64,000 nucleotides of DNA from the human T2T-CHM13v2.0 reference genome, Homo sapiens. The stretch lies in the NCBI RefSeq assembly GCF_009914755.1, contig NC_060927.1; one strand, written 5' to 3'. The position numbers were made by a program, and so were the translations under genes. Of this stretch, positions 54,420 to 64,000 are shown in pieces. The stretch's first letter is position 1; every line of letters starts with the position of its first letter. A model generated the notes under the pieces. It was not told the origin of the DNA, did no database searches, and saw only the letters and a program-made list of their open reading frames with translations.

Positions 54420-54790
54420 CTGGTTTGTTCTCCAGCTGTGAAACAGATCTCTATTTCTTCAATTGGGACGTGCATGAGGGGCACACACTCTCAGAGCTGC
54501 CATCTTGTGAGGAAGCTCTTGCTGCGTGGAGAGGCCACATATATGTGCTCCACCTGACAGCTTCCCTAAAGGGGTCCCAACCACCAGCCACCATCAACCA
54601 CCAAATATCTGAGTGAACCAGCTTTCAGATGATTTCAGGCCCCACCCTTGAGCAGCTCCAGGCTTCAAATCTTCCAGGTGAGGCCCCAGACATGACAGAG
54701 CAGAGATAAATCATCCGCACTGTGGCTGTGTCTGAATTCCTGATCCACAGAATGGGCAGTAACATATTGCACTTTATGCCTAAGTGCAGT
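54420..54790 (+). mobile_element. MLT1G/H-like LTR at the SSUH2 3' end
   Basis: gctgccatcttgtgaggaagc...ccagccaccatcaaccacc...gaggccccagacatgacagagcagagataa...gaattcctgatccacagaat. Confidence 0.7.
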
Positions 54791-54791
54791 A

Positions 54792-54797
54792 TTTATT
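54792..54797 (-). terminator. SSUH2: SSUH2 polyadenylation signal AATAAA
   Basis: tttatt on + at 54792-54797, about 440 nt downstream of the stop. Confidence 0.7.
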
Positions 54798-55234
54798 GTG
54801 CATTAGGGCCAGATATTTGTGTGTATCCTTGAACATTTCAGTAATACTCAGATCGTCAAGAGGCTCCCACTAGAAGAAGCACACCAGAACCAAGACCGAC
54901 AAAGGGAAAAAGCAAAATCAAATCACACGCATCATCGGGGCATTAACTTGGAGACCAGAGGCAAAGTCCTTGCCATTTAAATTATTTCTCTCATTTGTTC
55001 TACAGGAATGTGTATAGCTGAATTATTGTAGGTTAAACATATGAGTCATGGATTCCACCAGAGGAGCTGTATAAGGGGTTGGAGCTTGATAGATGATAAG
55101 CTGGTTTTTCTGGAAGGACATGCCAGGGTTTGTATGTGATTGTCCAATGCAGCCAACAGTGAACACACTCAGAGAGTGTCGGCCATCTTCCTTGGCAAAC
55201 GTGAATGGCAGGCTCTGGGGACAGCCATGCTATG

Positions 55235-55381
55235 TCACACGATGGTACAGCCACAGCAATACCGCTCAGGATAGTCCACCGCATACACCTGGTGGTCAGT
55301 GCCATAGATGTAGTAGACATAAGTCTTTCCTTGGTACCAATAGTGAACTTCTGTGAGGGGGATCAGCTCAATGGTCTGGCG
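55235..55381 (-). CDS. SSUH2: SSUH2 last coding exon (RQTIELIPLTEVHYWYQGKTYVYYIYGTDHQVYAVDYPERYCCGCTIV*)
   Basis: tttcctcag acceptor (55383-55382), 48 codons + TGA (55237-55235), in frame with the upstream exons. Translated by hand; not in the ORF track. Confidence 0.93.
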   Translation of the reverse strand, partial: RQTIELIPLTEVHYWYQGKTYVYYIYGTDHQVYAVDYPERYCCGCTIV

Positions 55382-55502
55382 CTGAGGAAACAAATAGCCA
55401 AGGAAAATGTCAGTGTTCTGTTCAAGTCACTCACCTGCTCAGGAACTTTCAGTAGCTCCCTACTGTGTGTGGTATGAAAGGTCCTGCTCTGGAGTTGGCA
55501 TT

Positions 55503-55868
55503 CAATATGGTTTGGCTCTGTGTTCCCACCCAAATCTCACCTTGAATTATAATAATCTTCATGTGACATAAGAGGACCTAGAGGGAGGTAATTGAATCGT
55601 GGGGGTGGGTTTTTCCCATACCATTCTCATGATAGTGAGTAAGTCTCACGAGATCTGATGGTTTTATAAAAGGCAGTTCTCCTGCACATGCTCTCTTCTT
55701 GCCTTGCCTGCTGCCATGTAAGATGTGCCTTTGCCATTCCTCTGCCTCCCGCCATGATTGTGAGGGCTCCCCAGCCATGGGAACTGTGAGTCCATGAAAA
55801 CTCTTTCCTGTATAAATTACCCAGTCTCAGATATGTCTTCATTAGCAGCATGAGAACAGACTAACACA
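55503..55868 (+). mobile_element. THE1D/MSTA-like solo LTR in the last SSUH2 intron (antisense to the gene)
   Basis: aatatggtttggctctgtgttcccacccaaatc...gaacagactaacaca; TSD GCATT (55498, 55869). Confidence 0.93.
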
Positions 55869-58800
55869 GCATTCTAAACCCTGCTACAATCTGCCTTCAA
55901 TCTGCCTTTCTAGATGTATCTCCTACTGTGCTCCTTCACGCACCCTAAGCTCTGGCCAAAACCGACTTCTCATCTTTAGCTACCATTTGATTCTAGGTTT
56001 CACCAAGTGGGCACAGGCATCCCCAGGGGAGTTCCAGGGTGTACGGAAAGTCACCAACCAAGTAGGACAACTTCCAGAAGCATTAATTTTTAGATGGAGT
56101 GCTGGGGGGCAGTGGAGGATAAAGTCGGTTTAAACATGTGTGTATTAAAACAACCACAGAGGTATTAGGAAGCGGTTTCTAACATTTGAATCAAATTTTA
56201 AGATAAAACATTGACCCCGAAGACATTTGAAAGCTTAGTTGGCTGTGCCAGGCTATTTTCAGGATGGGGACCTCATTCCCTCCCACAGGGAGATGCTAAG
56301 TCCCTCATTCTCCAGCCCCTTCTCTGAGCAGTTACTCAATAACTTTCTGCAATATGAGGCCCTGAACAGAAAACAGCAGCCCACCTTGGGAGCAAACATT
56401 AGGCTCCCATCTGTACTGGCTTCTGGTGCTGTTTTGTTACTGGCAACTACACTTCGTAGTTGACATAAGAATGTTGCTCCTGATCATCTAAGCCAAGCTT
56501 TCTTGTGGACTTCCTGTGGGCCGGGCTCTGTGCAAAAACCCCTAAGTTCTTCTGCACAAGATGTTCCCCTGTCCCAGACTCAGATGTGGGGACCCAAACC
56601 CAGGGACAGGTGGCATGATTGGCCCAGGGTCAGGCCCTCTTTACTTGCAGGGAATTCTTCCTGTTGGGAAAAGAACCCCAAGTCCTCTTGCTGTAGTTGA
56701 TAGCTTGAAGACCCTAGGGAAGAGGTAAACCAGGCCGGGTGGGGGGCTGAGGCTGAAGCCATCTGGCTGCTTCGACTTCTCTCTCCATTTCAGAAAAACT
56801 GCCCTGGCCATCCCTGGAGATCTGGGCAGTGGGGGTGTATTTTGAGAGGCAGGCCCCTGTTCTGTCAGAGGAGAGGCCAGGGGGCAGCATGACATTGCAG
56901 AAGGAAGAGGGGAATCAGAGTCAGGGCACAAAATTTCCACACAGCTTTCCATGTGATCTTGTGCTCCAGTTCTCTAGACCTCAGTTTCCTCATCTGTGAA
57001 ATGGGAATAAAAACTCTTATTTCACAGAGTTGTTGAGACAACCAGATAAGACCCCGGTGACTGAGTTTTCTTCATATGCCAGAAACTGGAATCCAAATGA
57101 CAATTTCAGAAATAAAAGTTGGAAGATGCCTCTTGAAATTTCAGTGCAAAGGACCCCAAATAGGGACTAAAGGGCACAAGGAGATGGGAGTCAATGTCAG
57201 TGCTCAGAAGGCCTGGACACTGAAGTCAGGACCACTCTTGTTTCCAGATTTTTCTATTAAGATCCAATGGAGAGCATGGCAATACCAGCCCCCCCACAAC
57301 CCCCGCAATCCCCCTGCCTCTATCTGCTTCTGGCTCAAAAAGTCTCGAAGTTTGAGGCCACAAATTGCTCAAGACATCAATTGCCATCAAGTGGTCATCA
57401 CGTAATTGGCTGTTTATCTGTCTGTGCAGCTGAGCCCCTGCAATAAGCAGATTCCAGGTCTCAGAGTCATGGCCATGGCTGGGAGATGGAATTTAGCCAG
57501 CTATGTCCTCATGGCTGGATTTCGGCTCTAACTTCTCCATCTTGAGTAAAATATTAGCATGAATCTTTGTTACAGCTCTAGGACCAAAGGCAAAATTAGA
57601 AAAAAGATTCAGAGAAGTGACCTCCACTCCCATTATACTCCTTTTTAAAGAAAAATGTGTATTTGCCCCCTGGTTTACCCTTCCTGGCTCCCGGAATGGC
57701 TGTATTGGCAGAGGCAGGGCCTCAGGAGACCTGAGTTCTAGTCCTGGACCTGCCACCAACAAACTGTGTGACTTAGGACAGGTAACTTCCCCTCCTTGGG
57801 CCTCAGTTTTCCCAGCTGCCAAAATATTGAAAAACTACAAGTTTTCATCTAAAAATCTGGACTTCAGACAGTCTGGAAACACTGGGTCTTGTGCCTACAG
57901 AAAGCTGAGTGTCGACAGGCCCCTTTGAATGACGCTCTGTCACCCTCCTTACTGCCTGGCCCTGGTAGGCATGTAAGTTTGCAGTGCCTGAACTGCATGA
58001 TTTCTCAGCCCCCTTCCAGCTCCAAGATGATCCGTATTCATGTAGATAAAAATGCATCTTCTCTCTCCTACAAATCAGGGAGATGTGCAGACAGAGACAG
58101 AGAAGGGGAAATGCCCATTGCAAAGGACAGAAAGGGACATTTTGAGCACCGGGTGCCAAACACATTTCGAGGGTTTTGCTGCAAAACCCTCTGAGGTGCT
58201 TTAGTGTCTTTTTTCGCAGGTGAGAGACTGGCTTTGAAGGAGGGAAGTGGCTGGCCCAGGATCATGTTGGGATGCAGGAAACGCAGGATCTCAGCCCAGT
58301 CTGCAAGGTTCCTGTCCCGGCTGCTGTCCCACTTCATGCAGCTCCAGCAAAGCACATTATCAGGCCAACCTCCCACGTTAGGGTCCCCTGGCTGGCTGCA
58401 GCAGCAGCAGAAGGGGCTACTCAGGGCTGCTCCTGGGGATGTAGCAGCCACCACCGCCACCTTGTGGCCATCAGGATACAGCGGCCAAAACCACAGAGGC
58501 CGGGAGAAGACAGGGCTGGGGGTTGGGAAGTGCCAGGGGCCTCAGGGGCAAGACACTGGGCTCCAGCCAGGCCTGTGACGTTCAATCCCCACCTTTTTCT
58601 TCCCCTATCTGAACACCAGGGAGTCAGAATCAAAAATCCCATGACACCACATTCGTGCTTAAAACCCTGCAATCGCTTCTGGGAATAAAAATGCAAACTT
58701 CTCCTGCGACCCACGGTCCTTCCTGCCTCTGCGTCTTACTTGCCCTGCTCCATGCCCTGGGGCCTTAGGTCAGGCCCTACCCCTTCCCACACTCCTCCCC

Positions 58801-58915
58801 CGGGACCTCCCTCACCTCTACGTCCTCATCCTTCCGCTCCGACGTTCTCAGGAAAGAGGGCTCAGCAGCCCAGGAAGAGACGTCAGAGCCAGATGGCCCC
58901 TCCGCCCTGGCTCAC

Positions 58916-59023
58916 CTGCTGCAGGACGCGGGCACGGGAGGCCAAGGCAGCGCTGTGCTCTGCAATGCCCCTCTGGGAGGCAAGAGAGATGTCTCGCAGA
59001 GGGAAGTCCACGATGGGGTACAC
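58916..59023 (-). CDS. SSUH2: SSUH2 penultimate coding exon (VYPIVDFPLRDISLASQRGIAEHSAALASRARVLQQ)
   Basis: ctctctttcccccag acceptor, gtgag donor. 108 nt, phase 0/0. Confidence 0.93.
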
Positions 59024-60571
59024 CTGGGGGAAAGAGAGAGAGACACAGACCACCTGGCTGCCGCACCTGGAGCCTTGGAAGTCACTGGGGCTGACTAGAG
59101 CCAGAGCCAGAGCCAGACAGAGAAGGGGGCTGAGAGAGGGACCCACGGTGTGGTCTCAGGAATTTCAAAAACAGGAAAACAGGGGGCCTGCAGTCAGAGA
59201 GAGAACGCTATCACCTGCAGCCCACTGGATACCCCAGCTGCGTGCCTCCTGTGTGCCGGGCACCGCGCTAGGTGCAGGACAAGGCAGTGACCATGGCTGG
59301 TGTGGTCCCCGTCAGTGTGGACTCGTGGGGTCTGTACACGTGTAGCGGGAAAGGAACTCAGATTCATTTCTCATGTACACATTCAAACCGCCCTCTAAGG
59401 GTCAGGCACTGTCTGTGAGCTGAGGATACAAAATGAACCACAAATAAGCCCAGGCGCTTGCACTCAACCTACAGAAAGTCCGGGCACTGGGGCATCTCCT
59501 CGGTCCCCAAAGCCCCCAGATCCCCTTCTGCCAGGCTTGAAAGCCTTCCACATATTAAGGGCAAGCATAGCCCTCCCCTGGGGCTCCTGTTCTGCCCCTC
59601 ATTGTGGAACTGTGGCTCCTTCCTCCACCCTCCTCCTAAGTGTCCACCTGGGCCCAGTGCTGCTGTGGACGCTGAGGGTGAGACGGTGGTCAGAGCTCAG
59701 CACCAGGCAGGGTCAGCTCACAGAGCTGCCAGCAGCCAGTGACGCCTAGGGATGGTCCTCAGTCTGAGCTGAGCCCAGGGGGAAATCCCTAACTCAAATG
59801 GAAGAGTGGGGTGCAGGGCTTCTGGTGGGGGGATGCCTGAGGTGAGCCTTTAAAAAGCCAAATTACTGGAGCAAAGAAAGGAGGCTGACACACCTCCCTA
59901 TAGTTTGAGGACCCCCATCAGAAGTCCCATTGAAGCCAATCTCTCTGCCAAGGCCAACGGCAGAGTGAGAAAACCTTTTCTGCTAAGAACCAAATAGTAA
60001 ATACTTCAGGCTTTCAGACTATGTAGTCTGTCATTATCCAGCTCTGTCCCACCATCAGGAAAGCGGCCATAGACAACCTGTCAGAAAATGCGTGGGGCTG
60101 TGTTCCAATAAAGCTTTATCGACAAAGGCAGGCAGTGGGCTGGGTGTGCCAACTCCTGGCCCGCAGGACCCTCTCCTCTGGCTGAAGGTACCTCTCACTT
60201 CTGAGCTCCTAGCTCTGCCCTGCTCACTGCCCTCTGCCAGTCCTCAAGGCCTCTGCCCCACTGTCCCCTCGCTCCCACGCCACAAGGTCCACTCCCCAAT
60301 TGCCCTGCATCCAGGTCTGTGCCCAAGGTCACTTCCACAAAGAGGCTTTCCCACCTCCAGCTGGAACGACACTGCCACCCCTCCCTGCCCCTTACCCTGC
60401 TTGAATGTTTCTCAGTGCCCCTTCACCATCTGACATTGCTATAAAAGGGTCCATCATAGTCCCCTCACCAGACTGTAAGCTCTGTGAGGGCAGGGTCCTT
60501 GTTTTATTTGCCATGGTCTACCCAGGGCCAAGAATAGTGCCTGATATAGGAGGAGGGTCTCAAGATTTGTG

Positions 60572-60715
60572 GAAGGAAGGAGGGGATGAGGAAGAAAGGG
60601 AAGGAGGGGATGAGGAAGGAAGGAAAAGAGCGAGGAAGAAGGGAGGGAGGGAAAGAGAGAAAGAGAGTATTAGGAAGGAAGAACGGCATGGTGGGTGGGG
60701 AAGGACAGAGGGCTG
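60572..60715. repeat. GA-rich low-complexity tract
   Basis: ggaaggaaggaggggatgaggaag... polypurine at an L2 tail. Confidence 0.85.
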
Positions 60716-60907
60716 AGTGTGTAAAAGTCAAAAGGAAACTGACAGCCCCCAGGCTCCCCACAGCCTTATCCATGTCTGGGGAGCTCTGCTCCTACACAAC
60801 CTGTCCTTCCAAGGAATGCAGCCTGCACACACAGCTAGCAGCCCCAGGCCCACGAGAGCAGAGGAGGAACCCAGCTTCCTTTGTTCCCATCTACAATGCC
60901 CTCTTAC

Positions 60908-61013
60908 CACCGAGTTTTCATCCTTAAAGAGGTTTTCTCCTTTGGCTTTAGCAAGGAGCTCCCTGGGGCAGTTGAGCCGGTGCTCAGACACAAACTCAAA
61001 CAAGCTGTTCTTC
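60908..61013 (-). CDS. SSUH2: SSUH2 coding exon (KNSLFEFVSEHRLNCPRELLAKAKGENLFKDENSV)
   Basis: ccttccctccag acceptor, gtaaga donor. 106 nt, phase 2/0. Confidence 0.92.
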
Positions 61014-61594
61014 CTGGAGGGAAGGAGGATGAGGGATGAAAGCACACAGTGTGGCAGGTTAAAAGCATGGCCTTTGCAATCAGACAGACCTGGGGTTGAG
61101 GGCTTGAATTGCTACTGGAGGGACCTTGCAACAGTTCTGTAGCCTCTCTGAGCCTCAGTCTCCTCACCTGTAAAATGAAGCTAGTAAGGAGAGTGACAGT
61201 TCAGCTCCATTACCTCATTTCATCTTTGCCTACAAAGCACTTAGCAAGGTGCCTGAGACAGGAGAAACCTTTAATGCACGGAAGCCCTGACTGACTTAGG
61301 GACGTAGCAGGATGCTATGGCTCTATTCCTACGGGAAGGGCTCAGTTGTCGAGCGGCTGCTGCCCTAGAAAGTGGTGATGGCAGAATTTGGACTGAGGTC
61401 TGTCTGTTCTAAAGCCAGTCAGCATCCCACAACCCCACACTGCCTCTTCCAAGGGAATTCTCCCCCTTCTAAGTCCTGGCAGGTTCTTGCACTGTGAAAG
61501 CCCCAACCAACCACAGTTTCTCTGCAGAAGCCAGTCCAGGGCTAAGTCCCTCAGCCACCCCCGCATGCCACAGCACTGAGACACTGCCACATAC

Positions 61595-61687
61595 CACATG
61601 ATGACAAGCTGGATGAAGTGCAACAGCTTCTTCTCCCCCTTGCAGGTGGCGCAGGTCTTGTTCCCTCTCCCTGAGCAAGTGCTGCAT
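61595..61687 (-). CDS. SSUH2: SSUH2 coding exon (CSTCSGRGNKTCATCKGEKKLLHFIQLVIM/W)
   Basis: tttctcag acceptor, gtatgt donor. 93 nt, phase 2/2, frame-compatible with its neighbours. DnaJ-type CxxCxGxG motifs. Confidence 0.93.
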
Positions 61688-61949
61688 CTGAGAAAGGCAC
61701 AGAGTCCGTACCCCCAGATCAGTTGCAGGTCCTGGTGGCTTCCAGAGGCTCCCACCTGCACCCCCTTCCTCCTGGAGGTAGACTGTGGTGGGCCTGCATT
61801 GTTTGTACCTGCCCACCACCTAGTCCTCCTTCTGCTGGCAGTGCCCCAATATCTCTATGGGGATCACCCTTCCCCCACCCAGCCCACATGGCTCTAGGGC
61901 CTGCCCCCCCCCTCCCCCCCCACTAAATTCTGTGAACAGCTTGGGATCT

Positions 61950-62357
61950 GGGACTGGCCAATCATCTTATTCCATGTCCCTGGTCTCAGTGGCTGATACA
62001 AAGATGGGCACATGACCCAGGCGAGTGCAATGAGATCTGTCCCAGGATGTTTGTCGGGACTATCGGGAAAGGGACATCTTTTCTCCTGGGATTAGTAAGC
62101 TTGGAGCTACTGGTGATCTCCTCTGCCACTACAAGGAACCCCCTGCCTGCAAATGAAGCCCACACAAAGGAAAGCAGAGTGAGAGGTGGATACAGATTCC
62201 TGGTGGTGTTGTTTAAGCACCCGGATCCAGCTGGGCCTGAAGCCATCCCTGAAATATACCCCTGGACTTCATTCTTACCTAGGCCTGTAAATCGACTTTT
62301 TTTGCCAAAGCCAATTTGAATTGGATTCCTTTCACTTGCAAATGAAAGAAAAATAAG
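61950..62357 (+). mobile_element. MLT1J/K-like LTR (SSUH2 intron)
   Basis: aatgaagcccacacaaaggaaagcagag...ggatccagctgggcctgaagcca...ttcacttgcaaatgaaag. Confidence 0.7.
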
Positions 62358-63061
62358 TGTCTTTTTCCCAGTCAGAGACTGTCTCTACCAACCACGATGG
62401 AAGGTGCCACCAAAGCTTCTCCAACTGGCTTGTCAGAAGGATGGCCTGGGCTTTAATGAGGCAAAAGTATCATTAACCAACCCAACCTTGAGTATTTTTA
62501 CTCCTCACGGTTTCCTGTTTCCCTTAAAAAGTTATAAATACACTAAAGGATAGGATTTACAAAATGCAATGGCCCAGTGTTTGCAAAGCTGTGAGCAGTG
62601 ATGAAATTTTGTTTATTGTTTAGTCAATCAACCAACTTTCCTTGACTCCTCCTCCATTCAGACCCCAAAATGAGTTATAAATAGGGGCTTGCCCAGGAAC
62701 TGATCCTCAGTGAGTTAAAAATCTGGCCTTTAGGTGGTTTTTGATATTCACTTCCCAACCCGTGGGCGGGAGAGGTCTCCTTTCCTGGTAACCCCGTCCC
62801 TGTGTTTCCTCCCTGCAGTGGCTCTTTCTTCACACTCTTTCCACATATATTGCATGACGAGTTCCAGCCTTGTCCAGAAATGCCAGGCCTTGAGAAAAGC
62901 TCACCTACTCTTCAAATAACCACAGAGCACCTACTACGTGCAGAGCTCTGGGGACACAGCAGTGACGAGACAGATGGGTTCCTGTTTGCCTTCCAGATGG
63001 GCAGGCAATGAAAAGCCAGAAAGCAAGAGCACTTCACCGAGGTGCTGGGAGATGCCCCTAC

Positions 63062-63147
63062 CTTCGCCTGCCGGACCCCGCGCACAGCTGACATCTCCGG
63101 GACTGCTTGGCTTTGCGCTTGGCTCCGCAGCAGGATGGGCACCGCAC
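63062..63147 (-). CDS. SSUH2: SSUH2 coding exon (VRCPSCCGAKRKAKQSRRCQLCAGSGRR/R)
   Basis: Acceptor ag at 63149-63148, donor gtaggg at 63061. 86 nt, phase 0/2. CxxCxG(xG) repeats. Confidence 0.92.
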
Positions 63148-63822
63148 CTGCAGACACACCACTGCCTCAGCCCCCGCTGGCCTCCCAGGAAGCAGGGCCA
63201 ACGGCATCCCAAGACCTGGTTCAAATCCCAGCCTGGTGACCTTCCTCCCCCTGGGCCTTAGCCCCTTCATCTGTAAAATGGTGCGGGGTGGACATGGGGT
63301 ATCTTTGGATCCTTCCAGTTGTAGCTTTCAAAGCCTCCACTCCCTAAGATCCCTGTTTCTTTTGAGACATCAGCCTCTCCTGCCTCTTCTCTGATCCCCA
63401 CAACCCCTGAGACCTGACCCCTACCAAGTGTTGAGAGGAAGCTGGGACACAGGCGCTGGTCAGGGGCCTGGCACTGGAGACAGGGGGCTCCTTTTGAGAA
63501 ATGGCCCCCAGAAAAGGCCTAGGCTGTGCTCCCAGTTGGGCTCATGGTGGGCTCCAGAAACATTCCAGGGAAGACCACCGCTGGGACCCACAAGCAGTGC
63601 AGGAGTGAGCTGGGGATGCAAACCCAGCAGGCGAGGGATGAAAGGGCTGGTGGAGAAGACAGTTCACGGTAGCCAGGGTCAGAGCATGGCCAAAGGATGA
63701 GGCTCGAATCAGGACACCAAAGAACGCGAGAAGTTTGGTTTTACCCCCTGGGATTGTTAATAGGCCTGAATGAAGGTTTCTGAAAAGACAACTAATGCCA
63801 TGAGTAATGCCACTGAGGGGCC

Positions 63823-64000
63823 TGTGCTGGGTTGAATAACGGCCCTTCCAAGTTCAAGTTTACTGGAATCCCAGAGTGGGACCTCATTTAGAGATAGTCT
63901 TTGCAAATGCATTTAGTTAAGATGAGGTCATATGACAAGGTAGGGCCTAAATCCGATGACGTGTTCTTATTAGAAGCCCATGTGAAGACAAAAAGACATG
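63823..64000 (+). mobile_element. MLT1B/C LTR 5' part (runs off the window)
   Basis: tgtgctgggttgaataacggccc...tttgcaaatgcatttagttaagatgaggtcat. Confidence 0.75.

Noticed and set aside
58740-59345. 201-aa plus-strand ORF over a SSUH2 exon
   Set aside because: Antisense shadow ORF in GC-rich sequence; the real exon is on - with canonical splice sites.

Overview
Primate (almost certainly human, chr3p25-26) genomic DNA between two convergent genes. On +, the last two coding exons of the PET-LIM gene LMCD1 (772-987, 2780-2938) are followed by several polyA signals. About 4-7 kb downstream lies the LINC00312/NAG7 region, with a 94-aa TE-derived ORF. On -, the last five coding exons of SSUH2/C3orf32 (63147 to 55235) encode DnaJ-type CxxCxGxG zinc-finger repeats and a C-terminal CCGCTIV CaaX-like tail. 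The ~45 kb between them is repeat-rich: a dead full-length L1PA2/3 (46892-52941), Alus, THE1/MST, MLT1, MLT2, MER21 and MER74-like LTRs, DNA transposon relics (Charlie1, MER58, MER44, MER6, MADE1), MIR, L2, L3 and simple repeats. There is no prokaryotic-type system such as CRISPR. The most notable structure not explained by genes or repeats is a set of short, locally templated duplications, three of them with donor and copy about 0.9 kb apart. One is a 129-bp, ~95% identical non-Alu inverted repeat downstream of the LMCD1 stop. The L1 also carries a short 3' transduction-like tag, lacks a target-site duplication, and has an antisense promoter pointing at LINC00312/LMCD1. Gene names and repeat subfamily calls come from recognition by eye, not from database searches.
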